Assembly (NCBI GenBank): GCA_964610685.1 | Contig: CAZSYK010000001.1 | Coordinates: 17,159 to 81,158, forward strand | Direction: 5' to 3' | Source: an uncultured Eubacteriales bacterium | GTDB lineage: Bacteria > Bacillota > Clostridia > Oscillospirales > Acutalibacteraceae | Length of the DNA: 64,000 nt | Shown here: positions 1 to 9,354 of the stretch, in pieces | How positions within the stretch are numbered: the stretch's first letter is position 1 | Layout: the number at the start of each line of letters is the position of its first letter | Program-made: the position numbers and the translations under genes | The notes under the pieces: model-generated | What the model was told of the DNA's origin: nothing | The model's database searches: none | What the model saw: only the letters and a program-made list of their open reading frames with translations

Positions 1-1
1 G

Positions 2-724
2 TTAATTGAAAAGTTTGAAAAGATCAAATCTGAAAATAAAAATGCAAAAAAATCACAAATAAATCAGCAAGCGGGGGAAAGTTTGCAAGAAAAAGAAGAA
101 TGTGATTCTCGATTTGCACAATTAATTAAAAAATTGGATGACAGTAGCCAAGATTGGGAAAAGACAGATGCTGATTTAAAGGCTTTTTCAAAAGATATAG
201 AGAAGCTGGAGAAAAAGCTGAAAGAAATTATAAAAATGAGTAAAGAACCTATTTTTAAGCCGGATGAAGAACTTGATAAAATTGAACTCGAATTGAATGC
301 GTACAATAAAGAGATAGATAAAAAGATTGAATTTGTGGAAAAATTGAAAAACTATTATGTTTTTGATTGGAATATGGGCGTTAAAGAATTGAATGATTCT
401 TTAAAATCTTTGCCTGAACTGAAAGAACTTGTCGGAAAAAATGCAGACAATGTAAAATATGAGTCGCAGCCGTGTTTGCCAATAGCTAAAGGTGAGAAAA
501 AATTAGAGCCACAGTATGATCACAGTGCTGACTGGACAGCGGGGTCGTATTACATTCTTGTGGATAAAAACCAAAAGCAAGTAGAAGATGCATATACAAA
601 TACTTCGTGGGGTAATACCAGAACCATTAACAAAAGCAATCAAGAACAGCCGGCGTTACGGGAAGTTGAAGAATATTTAAAAAAGGCACTGCGAGCCGGG
701 ACTTTCGAGGGAATTAAAATTTAA
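2..724 (+). CDS. C-terminal part of a K/E-rich coiled-coil protein of unknown function (5' end outside window)
   Basis: The frame is open from the window edge (LIEKFEKIKSENKNAKK...) through the listed ORF 83..724. The first half has heptad-like K/E/L composition and the tail is a non-repetitive C-terminal domain. I do not recognise a family. Confidence 0.5.
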   Translation, partial: LIEKFEKIKSENKNAKKSQINQQAGESLQEKEECDSRFAQLIKKLDDSSQDWEKTDADLKAFSKDIEKLEKKLKEIIKMSKEPIFKPDEELDKIELELNAYNKEIDKKIEFVEKLKNYYVFDWNMGVKELNDSLKSLPELKELVGKNADNVKYESQPCLPIAKGEKKLEPQYDHSADWTAGSYYILVDKNQKQVEDAYTNTSWGNTRTINKSNQEQPALREVEEYLKKALRAGTFEGIKI

Positions 725-730
725 AAATAA

Positions 731-770
731 AATTAAAGCTCGGCATTTAATGCTAAGCTTTAATTGTTAA
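731..770 (+). terminator. putative intrinsic terminator hairpin
   Basis: A 10-bp inverted repeat (aattaaagct / agctttaatt) lies directly after the stop at 724. The T-tract (ttgtt) is weak. Confidence 0.4.
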
Positions 771-867
771 AAACAGCATTAATTTACTATAAATTCCAAA
801 ATTGTTTTTTAATAATGTGCAAAACGTAATTTTTGTTACAATTTCCTAATATGCTCAAAATATAATA

Positions 868-896
868 TTGCAAAAAATTAATTAATTGTATATAAT
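868..896 (+). promoter_or_regulatory. sigma-A-like promoter candidate upstream of the PucR-family gene
   Basis: TTGCAA, a 17-nt spacer, then TATAAT (891-896). The AT-rich context makes chance matches possible. Confidence 0.4.
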
Positions 897-977
897 TGAT
901 AAAAGAATTGGTGCTTAATTTACATTCCTAAAGATTTTTAAATCTAATATGTTAATAATTAAAGAAAGAGGTATGTT

Positions 978-2063
978 ATGTCTAACAGATTATTTCAAAA
1001 TATAATACATCAAACATCTGATGTAATGGACAAAGTGATAGGTGTTGTTGATGAATCTTTTGTTATTGTTGCATGCAGCGACCCTGCCAAAGTAGGAGAA
1101 ACCATGGGCGCAATTAACCCCGGTTCACTTTCTTCAGGCGAAATTTTTGTTGCTGATAATTATACATACAAGTCTTTCGGAAGTTCTGCGCATCCGGAAT
1201 TTGCTGTTTTTGTGGCAGGAACCGATGAAATCGCGAAAAGAGACGCAGTTGTTCTTTCCGTGGCAATGAACAGTGTCAAGCAGCATTATGATGAAAAGTA
1301 TGATAAGGTAAACTTTATTAAAAATGTGCTTCTTGATAATATTTTGCCGGGTGATGTATATCTTAAAGCTCGCGAACTGAAATTTAACGCTGATGTTAAC
1401 AGAGTATGCATGATAGTAAAAGTAACTTCTAAATCAGACGTTTCGCCGTATGAAGTTATTCAGGGCCTTTTCCCGGACAAAACAAAAGATTTTGTTATAA
1501 ACATAAATGAAACCGATATAGCACTCGTTAAAGAAATACGCAAAGATACCGATACAAAATCGCTTGAAAAATTAGCAGCTTCCATTGTTGACACGTTATC
1601 GGGAGAATACTACACACACAGTGTGGTGGGTGTCGGAACAGTGGTAAGTGGTATCAGAGAGCTTGCAAGATCTTTTAAAGAGGCTCAGATATCAATCGAG
1701 GTAGGAAAAGTATTTGATACAGAGAAAAATATAATCACATATGATCATCTTGGAATTGCCCGTCTTGTTTACCAGCTTCCAACAACTCTTTGTGAAACTT
1801 TCTTAAAAGAAGTATTTAAAAAAGGGTCGGTTGAAGCTATGGATCAAGAAACCCTCTTTACAATACAGAAATTTTTCGAAAATAGCTTAAATGTTTCCGA
1901 AACCTCCAGAAAACTATTCGTGCATCGTAACACTTTAGTGTACAGACTTGAAAAAATCAAAAAAATCACCGGGTTAGATCTTCGTGAATTTGAAGATGCA
2001 ATAGTATTCAAAGTGGCTTTAATGGTTAAAAAATATCTGATGTCCAACCCTGTCAAATTTTAA
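978..2063 (+). CDS. PucR/CdaR-family transcriptional regulator
   Basis: C-terminal PucR-type HTH (SETSRKLFVHRNTLVYRLEKIKKITGLDL). SD AAAGAGG lies before the ATG. Confidence 0.8.
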   Translation: MSNRLFQNIIHQTSDVMDKVIGVVDESFVIVACSDPAKVGETMGAINPGSLSSGEIFVADNYTYKSFGSSAHPEFAVFVAGTDEIAKRDAVVLSVAMNSVKQHYDEKYDKVNFIKNVLLDNILPGDVYLKARELKFNADVNRVCMIVKVTSKSDVSPYEVIQGLFPDKTKDFVININETDIALVKEIRKDTDTKSLEKLAASIVDTLSGEYYTHSVVGVGTVVSGIRELARSFKEAQISIEVGKVFDTEKNIITYDHLGIARLVYQLPTTLCETFLKEVFKKGSVEAMDQETLFTIQKFFENSLNVSETSRKLFVHRNTLVYRLEKIKKITGLDLREFEDAIVFKVALMVKKYLMSNPVKF

Positions 2064-2170
2064 AAGTTGATATTTATTTTGTAATATTGTATTCTTAAGC
2101 AACACAGGTTACGGCATATAGTAAGTTTAAAAATCATTTATTTTGATTTAATGTTTTAAAAGATTAAAAA

Positions 2171-2208
2171 TGTGTTGCCGGGTGTTTCTTGGCAACACAT
2201 TAATTTTA
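2171..2208 (+). terminator. hairpin / putative terminator between the regulator gene and ftsE
   Basis: 9-bp stem tgtgttgcc / ggcaacaca with an 11-nt loop, followed by a T-rich stretch (ttaatttta). Confidence 0.45.
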
Positions 2209-2227
2209 GAATAAAGTCGGAGAGATT

Positions 2228-2908
2228 ATGATAGAATTTAGAAACGTAAGTAAATCATATGGTAACGGTGCGTCAGCGCTTGACGGCCTTAACCTTACAA
2301 TTCCCGATGGTCAATTCATATTCATTGTAGGACCATCAGGATCAGGTAAAAGCACTTTACTTAAACTTCTTACTAAAGAAGAGGAGCCGAGTTCAGGGGG
2401 AATTATTATTAACGGCGTTAATCTTTCTGCTATGAAAAGGAGGAAAGTGCCTTACTTGCGCCGTACGATGGGAGTGGTTTTTCAGGATTTCCGAGTTCTT
2501 GAAAAGATGACGGTGTTTGAAAACGTCGCATTTGCTATGCACGCAATAGGTGCCAGATCACGCGACATAAGAAAACGCGTGCCTTACGTTTTGAATTTAG
2601 TAAATTTAAGCGATAAAGCCCGAAGAAAAGTATCGGAACTTTCCGGCGGAGAAAAACAAAGAGTCGGGCTCGCGAGAGCACTTGTAAACAATCCAAGTAT
2701 AATTATCGCGGACGAGCCCACAGGAAATATCGATCCGTCCATGTCATACGAAATTGTTGATCTTTTAAGCCAAATTAACAAGTGCGGTACAACTATTGTT
2801 ATGGTTACTCATGACATATCAATAGTTAAACGCTTTGATTTTAGGGTTGTTGAAATTTCCGGAGGTAAACTAAAAAACGATACTCAATCGGGTGGTGAAA
2901 AAGTATGA
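2228..2908 (+). CDS. ftsE: cell-division ABC ATPase FtsE
   Basis: Walker A GPSGSGKST, signature LSGGEKQR, Walker B IIIADEPTGNID. It overlaps ftsX by 4 nt. Confidence 0.92.
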   Translation: MIEFRNVSKSYGNGASALDGLNLTIPDGQFIFIVGPSGSGKSTLLKLLTKEEEPSSGGIIINGVNLSAMKRRKVPYLRRTMGVVFQDFRVLEKMTVFENVAFAMHAIGARSRDIRKRVPYVLNLVNLSDKARRKVSELSGGEKQRVGLARALVNNPSIIIADEPTGNIDPSMSYEIVDLLSQINKCGTTIVMVTHDISIVKRFDFRVVEISGGKLKNDTQSGGEKV

Positions 2909-3807
2909 ACACACATTCTATAAAGTATCTTTTAAAAGAAGGCTTCAAAAATGTTTGGGTAAATGGAGTGATGTCTGCGGCATCGGTGCTTGTTATGACG
3001 TGCTGTATGATTTTAACAGGCGGAGCGATTCTTTTGTCAATGAATTTGAATCAAGCTTTAAAATCTATTGAAAACCAAAACAGTATAACAATATTTTTGA
3101 AAAAAGATGTAAGCCCCGAAGAAGCGGCATCTGTAGGCAAAAAAATCGAACAAGTGCCGAATATTCTTAAATGTGAGTATTATTCCAGTGATCAAGCTGC
3201 CGAAAAATACAGAGATGTTCTCGGGGATCTTTATGAAGTTGTTAATGAGGGGGGCAATCCTTTCCCCGAGGCATTTCATGTTACAATGAAAGACCTTTCT
3301 CTTTACGGACAAACCATTGCACATTTGAAATCAGTTGATAAAGTAGAATCTGTAAGTGATAGAAGTGAAACAGCCAAGAGATTATCCGACCTCAGTAAAC
3401 TTATAGCAACCGGGGGCGTTTGGATAGTGTGTTCCCTTGGGGTAGTGTCACTTTTCATAATTTCAAACACTATAAAAATCACAATGCACAATCGCAGATT
3501 TGAAATAAGCATCATGAAGTCCGTTGGTGCTACGAACAGCTTTATAAAAGTTCCGTTTATTATTGAAGGAATTATAATAGGTTGTGTTGCAGCAATCATA
3601 TCTACATTGATTTTGAATTTGGTGTATGATAGTCTTCTAGGTGTGGTGGGAGGAATAATACCTTTTCATGGTATATACTTTAAAAATATTTTCTGGAAAG
3701 TTTTACTTTGCTTTGTGCCGGCAGGAATGTTTTTCGGGGTGGCCGGAGGTTTAATATCTATAAGACGTTATCTAAAGAAAGAAGGCGGAGATGTTGTTGC
3801 GTGGTAA
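2905..3807 (+). CDS. ftsX: cell-division permease-like protein FtsX
   Basis: One N-terminal TM segment, a large extracytoplasmic loop and three C-terminal TM segments. It is translationally coupled to ftsE. Confidence 0.88.
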   Translation: MNTHSIKYLLKEGFKNVWVNGVMSAASVLVMTCCMILTGGAILLSMNLNQALKSIENQNSITIFLKKDVSPEEAASVGKKIEQVPNILKCEYYSSDQAAEKYRDVLGDLYEVVNEGGNPFPEAFHVTMKDLSLYGQTIAHLKSVDKVESVSDRSETAKRLSDLSKLIATGGVWIVCSLGVVSLFIISNTIKITMHNRRFEISIMKSVGATNSFIKVPFIIEGIIIGCVAAIISTLILNLVYDSLLGVVGGIIPFHGIYFKNIFWKVLLCFVPAGMFFGVAGGLISIRRYLKKEGGDVVAW

Positions 3808-5014
3808 AAAAATTCTAAGGAATTCGATATCTCTTATATTATCCGGAGCCATGTTTTTGTGTTATGTATCCGGGCCTGTAGTTTGCGCTGCAAGCGTCGA
3901 GGAACATAAAAACTCCAAGTTGGAGCTTCAAAAGCGAAAGAAAGAGCTTGGTAAAGAACTTCAATCAGCCGCGTCGGAAGTTAACAGCGAAGCGAAAAAC
4001 AAAAACTCCATTGATAAGCAAATTCAAGTGGTTCAAAGCCAAATAGATGTTTCAAATCATTACATAAACAACCTTGAAAATGAAATAATCGATGTTCAAA
4101 AGCAAATAGCCGAAATCAGAGAAAACATGAAAGAAAAAATTATTCTTTTGAAAAAAAGTTTGTCTTCGATTTATGTGGCAGGGGACACGTCTACCCTCGA
4201 TATAGTTTTAGGAGCAAAAGATTTTGAAGATTTTCTTGATAAAGCCGATATCGTGCGCTCGGTGAGCCAAACCATAAAAAAATTGATAGACGATCTTCAG
4301 AATGATCTCACCAGTATCGAGAAGAAAGAGCAAGAAATTAAAGAGAGTAAAAAAGAACAAGAAAGCGAAAAGACAAGCCTTGAAAAAAATCGGTCAGAAC
4401 TTCAAGACTTATTTGATAAAAGCGAAAAATTACTTTCAGAGCTTCAGGAATCCGAACAGGAAGTAAAACGCGAGATAGATCAAAATGACGCTGAGATAAA
4501 AGCTATAGACGCACAAATTCGCAGATATTACGAAGAACAAAAGCGCAAAGCCGAAGAAGAGGCACGCAGAAGAGCTGCCGAAGGTAAGACACCGCTTCCG
4601 GACAAGCCCATACATAAAGGTGGATTCGCATGGCCTGTCCCCGGATATTATAAAATCACCTCAGGGTTTGGCGATTGCGAAAACAGATCTCATGTGCATG
4701 GAGCCATTGATATAGCCGGAAGGGGAGTTTATGGCGCGGGTATCGTTGCGGTCGGATCCGGAACGGTGATTCTGGCCAACACCGACGGAAGAGGTGGAGG
4801 TTACGGCAACTACGTGGTTATAGATCACGGAAATGGTACATCAACTTTGTATGGTCATATGAGCAGTGTTTCTGTTGGCGTTGGTCAAACAGTATCGGCA
4901 GGTCAGCACATCGGGAACGTAGGTAACACAGGATTTTCAACGGGGCCTCATCTTCATTTTGAGTACAGGGTTCACGGAATAAGGACAAACCCACGGGAAA
5001 TTTTGAGTTTTTAA
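3791..5014 (+). CDS. coiled-coil M23 (LytM) peptidoglycan metalloendopeptidase, EnvC/PcsB-like FtsEX partner
   Basis: Signal/anchor sequence, then about 230 aa of K/E/Q coiled coil. The C-terminal M23 motifs are intact: HxxxD (HGAID) and HxH (GPHLHFE). Confidence 0.85.
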   Translation: MLLRGKKILRNSISLILSGAMFLCYVSGPVVCAASVEEHKNSKLELQKRKKELGKELQSAASEVNSEAKNKNSIDKQIQVVQSQIDVSNHYINNLENEIIDVQKQIAEIRENMKEKIILLKKSLSSIYVAGDTSTLDIVLGAKDFEDFLDKADIVRSVSQTIKKLIDDLQNDLTSIEKKEQEIKESKKEQESEKTSLEKNRSELQDLFDKSEKLLSELQESEQEVKREIDQNDAEIKAIDAQIRRYYEEQKRKAEEEARRRAAEGKTPLPDKPIHKGGFAWPVPGYYKITSGFGDCENRSHVHGAIDIAGRGVYGAGIVAVGSGTVILANTDGRGGGYGNYVVIDHGNGTSTLYGHMSSVSVGVGQTVSAGQHIGNVGNTGFSTGPHLHFEYRVHGIRTNPREILSF

Positions 5015-5049
5015 CATATTTAGCCCATATTTTTGGAGAGAATTTTTAA

Positions 5050-5991
5050 ATGAAACTTTTAAACAAAAAAATATCCATAGGATTTTTTATGGTAACAATA
5101 TTTGTTGTTGCCGCTCTTGTCTATTCATTGGGCTATAAAATGGCAATGGATAAATTTAATAACGTTGTGTCATACACGCAAGAAAAGCAAAAAATGTATT
5201 CCACGCTCAGCGAGATGGATTATAATGTGCGCAAGGAATACGTTGCGCAGATTAATGAAACGAACCTTTTGAAAGGTTTATGTAAAGGATATATTGACGG
5301 AATCGATGATAAAAACTGCAAATTTTTTACCAGGCAAGAGTATAAAGATTATACTGAAAATAAAGAACATTCGATTGCCGATGTGGAGTTTGTTCATTTA
5401 AATGATGATACCGGCTATTTGCGATGCAGAAGTTTAGGCGGCAATGCTTCTAAACTTTTCATAGAAGAAGTAAGCTCCGCAATTTCCGGAGGGATGAGCA
5501 AGCTAGTTATTGACCTGCGCAACTGTGATAGCGGAAACATAAACGAGGCTTTTAAAATACTTCAATATTTAATGCCATCGGGCGATATAGTAAGCACAGT
5601 TGATAAAAATGATAATAAAGAAGTGGTATGCAAATCCACAGCTTCGGGAATCAACGTGAAGACAGCAGTGCTTATGAATAACAAGACCTCGGGAGTGTCT
5701 GAAATTATAGCATCTGCACTTATGGATAGAGGAGATGTTAAAATTGTGGGCGTCAAAACTACGGGTGATGCTGTTAGAGAAAAGGTTATAAATCTTTCGG
5801 ACGATACAGTTCTGGTGGTTCCCGACGCACACTATACCACCAAAAGCGGAAATATAATTTTCAAAAAAGGTGTAGCGCCCAATACCGCTTCCGAGCTTTC
5901 GGAAGATTTAAAAGCATTACTCGACGCTAAGAATCTTCCCTATGACCAAGACACTCAGCTTCAAGATGCAATCCGTTCAATCGATTTTTAA
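5050..5991 (+). CDS. S41 (C-terminal processing peptidase) family homologue, probably catalytically inactive
   Basis: N-terminal TM segment. The S41 core aligns at VLMNNKTSGVSEIIASAL...VGVKTTGDAV, but the Ser and Lys dyad positions read Gly and Asp (see findings). Confidence 0.7.
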   Translation: MKLLNKKISIGFFMVTIFVVAALVYSLGYKMAMDKFNNVVSYTQEKQKMYSTLSEMDYNVRKEYVAQINETNLLKGLCKGYIDGIDDKNCKFFTRQEYKDYTENKEHSIADVEFVHLNDDTGYLRCRSLGGNASKLFIEEVSSAISGGMSKLVIDLRNCDSGNINEAFKILQYLMPSGDIVSTVDKNDNKEVVCKSTASGINVKTAVLMNNKTSGVSEIIASALMDRGDVKIVGVKTTGDAVREKVINLSDDTVLVVPDAHYTTKSGNIIFKKGVAPNTASELSEDLKALLDAKNLPYDQDTQLQDAIRSIDF

Positions 5992-6006
5992 AGGATAGTC
6001 GATAAA

Positions 6007-6666
6007 ATGTTTAAGTTTTTTAAAGAAAAAATTCTTACCTTTATTTATCCTAATAAATGTGTGCTTTGTGACAGTATTATCACAGAACCTGAATTTGTTT
6101 GCAACCGCTGTGCCAAAAGTGTGAAAATTGAGCTTTCAATTAAGCAGTTAATTGCGTACAGTCGCGAGAAAACGGCACAATGCATTTCACCGCTTAAATA
6201 CAAGGGCAATGTAAAAAGTGCGATATGGCGCTTTAAATTTCACGGATATAGAAATTATGCTGAATTTTTTTCAAAAATAATTGCAAATGAAATAAGTAAA
6301 AGTGTTTTAAATTCAGATTTTGATTTTATCTCCGCGGTACCGCTTTCAAACAAAAGACAATCAGACAGAGGGTACAATCAATCAAGGTGGCTTGCTGAAG
6401 CTTTAAGCAAAAAAATGAATATTCCTTATAAAGAAACACTTTTGAAAGTAGTCGATAATCTTCCGCAGCATGAGCTTCCGTTTAATCAGCGAATGCAAAA
6501 CATAAAAGGAGTTTATAAATTAAAAGACTCTGAAAATGTAAGAGGAAAAAGCATTCTACTGTGCGATGATATAATAACGACGGGTAACACTCTTAAAGAA
6601 TGTGTCAGAGTATTAAAATATGGTGGAGCAAAAAGTGTAGTATGCTGTACGATTGCATATGTATAG
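6007..6666 (+). CDS. comFC: ComF-family protein (phosphoribosyltransferase-like competence protein)
   Basis: N-terminal CxxC...CxxC zinc ribbon (CVLCDS..CNRC) and C-terminal PRTase motif ILLCDDIITTGNT. Confidence 0.75.
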   Translation: MFKFFKEKILTFIYPNKCVLCDSIITEPEFVCNRCAKSVKIELSIKQLIAYSREKTAQCISPLKYKGNVKSAIWRFKFHGYRNYAEFFSKIIANEISKSVLNSDFDFISAVPLSNKRQSDRGYNQSRWLAEALSKKMNIPYKETLLKVVDNLPQHELPFNQRMQNIKGVYKLKDSENVRGKSILLCDDIITTGNTLKECVRVLKYGGAKSVVCCTIAYV

Positions 6667-6670
6667 ATAA

Positions 6671-6710
6671 ACCCTCAAAAACCACATTATAGGTTTTTTG
6701 AGGGTTGTTT
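6671..6710. terminator. bidirectional intrinsic terminator between convergent comFC and prfB
   Basis: 12-bp stem ccctcaaaaacc / ggttttttgaggg. A-runs and T-runs lie on both sides. Confidence 0.7.
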
Positions 6711-6732
6711 TATGAACTGCAATAAGCCATGT

Positions 6733-7845
6733 TTAAATAATATGCCTGAGATATGCATTGATAAATCCATCTATTTCGCCGTTCATAACCGCCTCTATAT
6801 TCCCGACTTCGTAGCCTGTTCTATGATCTTTTGCCAAAGTGTAAGGCATAAATACATAGGATCTGATTTGCGAGCCCCAAGATATTTCTTTTTGCACGCC
6901 TTTTATATCTTCTATTTTTTCGAGGTGCTCTCTTTCTTTAATTTCAATAAGTTTGGATTTCAAAATTTTCATTGCCGTGTCTCGGTTCTGGTACTGACTT
7001 CGCTCATTTTGGCAAGCGACCACGACTCCTGTAGGGATGTGAGTGAGCCTCACGGCGGAAGAGGTTTTATTCACATGTTGCCCTCCCGCTCCGCTAGCTC
7101 TGTACACGTCCATTTTTATGTCTTCTGGTGCGATTTCTATTTTAATTTCATCATTTATTTCAGGTATAACTTCAAGTGAAGCAAATGAAGTATGCCTGCG
7201 ACCCGAAGCGTCAAAAGGAGATATTCTTACCAATCTATGAACACCGTTTTCTCCCTTCAAAAAACCGTAAGCATTGGTGCCGTCTATGAGTATGGAGACG
7301 CTTTTGAACCCTGCTTCTTCACCATCTAAGCAGTCGAGAATTTTCACTTTATAACCATGCTTCTCGCCCCACCTGATATACATACGGCATAGCATTTCCG
7401 CCCAATCCTGAGCTTCTGTGCCGCCGGCTCCGGCATGAAAAGTGAGGATGGCGTTTTGGGAGTCATATTCACCGGTTAAAAGAGTGGATAATGTCTGATT
7501 TTCCAAATTTGATTTTATTTTTTTAAGTTCAGTCTGTATTTCAAAAATAGAAGAAAAATCTTCCTCCTGACACGACATCTCGACAAGTGTCGAAAGGTCC
7601 TCAAACTCACTTTTGAGTTTTTTGTAATCTTTTATTTTTCCGCTCAAAAGGCTAATCTCAGAAAGGATTTTCTGAGATTTTTCCGAACTGTTCCAAAAAT
7701 CCGATTGAGTGGTTTTCTCCTCGAGTTCCTTTAAGCGTTCTTTAGACTCCTCGATTTTTAAAGCTTCCCCCAAAGACTTAAGTTCAGGTCTAAGCTTTAA
7801 AAGCTCCAGGTTTATTTCTTCAAGTTGTATTATCATAAAACACAT
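6733..7845 (-). CDS. prfB: peptide chain release factor 2, encoded in a single frame
   Basis: SPF tripeptide (RISPFDASGRRHTSF) and GGQ (YRASGAGGQHVNKT). There is no in-frame TGA at the usual frameshift position. An alternative start ATG lies at 7836. Confidence 0.92.
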   Translation of the reverse strand: MCFMIIQLEEINLELLKLRPELKSLGEALKIEESKERLKELEEKTTQSDFWNSSEKSQKILSEISLLSGKIKDYKKLKSEFEDLSTLVEMSCQEEDFSSIFEIQTELKKIKSNLENQTLSTLLTGEYDSQNAILTFHAGAGGTEAQDWAEMLCRMYIRWGEKHGYKVKILDCLDGEEAGFKSVSILIDGTNAYGFLKGENGVHRLVRISPFDASGRRHTSFASLEVIPEINDEIKIEIAPEDIKMDVYRASGAGGQHVNKTSSAVRLTHIPTGVVVACQNERSQYQNRDTAMKILKSKLIEIKEREHLEKIEDIKGVQKEISWGSQIRSYVFMPYTLAKDHRTGYEVGNIEAVMNGEIDGFINAYLRHII

Positions 7846-7857
7846 CCCGTAAATTGC

Positions 7858-8391
7858 TTAGGGTTGTTTGAACTTGTTGTTATAGGCGTTTATTGTTTTT
7901 GCGATAATTTCTATGGCTTTTTCTTTTCCGTCCATGCCGTTGATTTTGGTTTCTTTGTTTTCAAGCGCTTTGTAAACGCTGAAGAAATGTTTCATTTCCT
8001 CGCATACATGAGAAGGTAATTCGGAAACGTCTTTATATTGATTGTATATCGGGTCGCCTTTCGGTATGGCTATGATTTTTTCATCATCACTTCCGGAGTC
8101 TACCATATATATAACACCTATGGGATAACAATCTACAAGCGTCATAGGATATATGTTTTCCGAGCAAATTACAAGTACGTCCAACGGATCGCCATCGTCG
8201 GCATATGTGCGAGGTATTAACCCGTAACTTGCCGGATAATGTGTTGATGTGTAAAGAATTCTGTCAAGCTTCAAAAGACCGGTTTCTTTGTCAAGCTCAT
8301 ACTTGCATTTGCTACCCTGAGGGATTTCTATTATTGCTGTAAATTCTTCGGGGGTAATCCTTGAAGGATCGATGTCATGCCAAATATTCAT
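7858..8391 (-). CDS. ppa: inorganic pyrophosphatase (family I)
   Basis: Family I PPase acidic motifs (DGDPLDVLV, MVDSGSDDEKIIA) and a typical length of 177 aa. Confidence 0.92.
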   Translation of the reverse strand: MNIWHDIDPSRITPEEFTAIIEIPQGSKCKYELDKETGLLKLDRILYTSTHYPASYGLIPRTYADDGDPLDVLVICSENIYPMTLVDCYPIGVIYMVDSGSDDEKIIAIPKGDPIYNQYKDVSELPSHVCEEMKHFFSVYKALENKETKINGMDGKEKAIEIIAKTINAYNNKFKQP

Positions 8392-8428
8392 TATTATTAA
8401 GACTCCTTTTTATTAATATCTTTGTTTA

Positions 8429-9274
8429 TTATATATTATTTTGATGTTTGGTTGCAATTAAAGTGTTCTTCATTAACATTGCTATAGTCAATGGTCCTAC
8501 TCCACCCGGCACTGGGGTTATATAAGAAGCGAGCGGGGCTACGTTTTCAAAATCCACATCGCCGCATATTGTGCCGTCACTTTTGCGGTTTATGCCCACG
8601 TCTATTATAACCGCTTCTTTTTTAACCATATCTTTAGTTACAAAACAGGGTCTTCCAACCGCAGAAATAATTATATCGGCATTTTGGCATATTTCTTTTA
8701 AATTTTTTGTTTTGCTGTGGCATATGGTTACCGTCGCGTTTTTTTGAAGTAAAAGAAGAGCCGTGGGTTTACCTACAATATTACTTCTCCCGATAACCAC
8801 GCAATTTTTGCCATCAACCAAAATTTTTTCATGATCGAGGATTTCTATAATTCCTGCGGGAGTGCAGGGCAGAAGTTCGGCGTTCCCAATCATTATTTTT
8901 CCGATATTTTCGGAGCTGAATACGTCAACATCCTTTTTGGGTTCTATGCACTCGGCTACAGCGAACTTGTCAATGTGAGAAGGTAAAGGAAGCTGCACCA
9001 GAATTCCGTTTATGCTTTTGTTGAAATTTAATTTTCTAATAAGATTTATCAAATCTTCTTGAGTAGTGTTTTTGGACAAGAAATACTCTTCTGAATATAT
9101 TCCTGTTTCTTCGCATGCTTTTTTTTTGTTACTGACGTAAATTTTCGATGCGGGATTTTCTCCGACCATAATCACTGCGAGGCCGGGGGTTATGTTTTGA
9201 TTTTTTAGCTCGGTTACGTCGTTTTTGATCTGATTTTTAATTTCCGTAGCTATACTTTTTCCATCAATAATCAT
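8429..9274 (-). CDS. folD: bifunctional methylenetetrahydrofolate dehydrogenase/cyclohydrolase
   Basis: GILVQLPLP, GRSNIVGKP and TPVPGGVGP motifs. Confidence 0.92.
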   Translation of the reverse strand: MIIDGKSIATEIKNQIKNDVTELKNQNITPGLAVIMVGENPASKIYVSNKKKACEETGIYSEEYFLSKNTTQEDLINLIRKLNFNKSINGILVQLPLPSHIDKFAVAECIEPKKDVDVFSSENIGKIMIGNAELLPCTPAGIIEILDHEKILVDGKNCVVIGRSNIVGKPTALLLLQKNATVTICHSKTKNLKEICQNADIIISAVGRPCFVTKDMVKKEAVIIDVGINRKSDGTICGDVDFENVAPLASYITPVPGGVGPLTIAMLMKNTLIATKHQNNI

Positions 9275-9354
9275 ATTTTTACGTTACCTTTCTTGACTTT
9301 GAAAACAATTGATAATATAAATATTATTATACTATTTATCGGAGGAAATTTAAA

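Noticed and set aside
6712-7240. Plus-strand ORFs 6712..7179 (155 aa) and 7043..7240, overlapping prfB.
   Set aside because: They are antisense to a well-supported RF2 gene, have no SD, and have a hydrophobic or low-complexity composition typical of shadow ORFs.
7741-7845. I looked for the programmed +1 frameshift site (CTT TGA C preceded by an SD-like element) typical of prfB.
   Set aside because: The N-terminus reads through in one frame (…CTT AAG TCT TTG GGG GAA GCT…; protein …ELKSLGEALKIEESKERL…). There is no in-frame TGA. This RF2 gene is simply one of the minority without autoregulatory frameshifting.
9275-9354. A possible ZTP (pfl) riboswitch upstream of folD.
   Set aside because: The intergenic region is only 80 nt, AT-rich, and lacks the conserved GGGUCGUGAC / CCGCCUGGGC-type elements.
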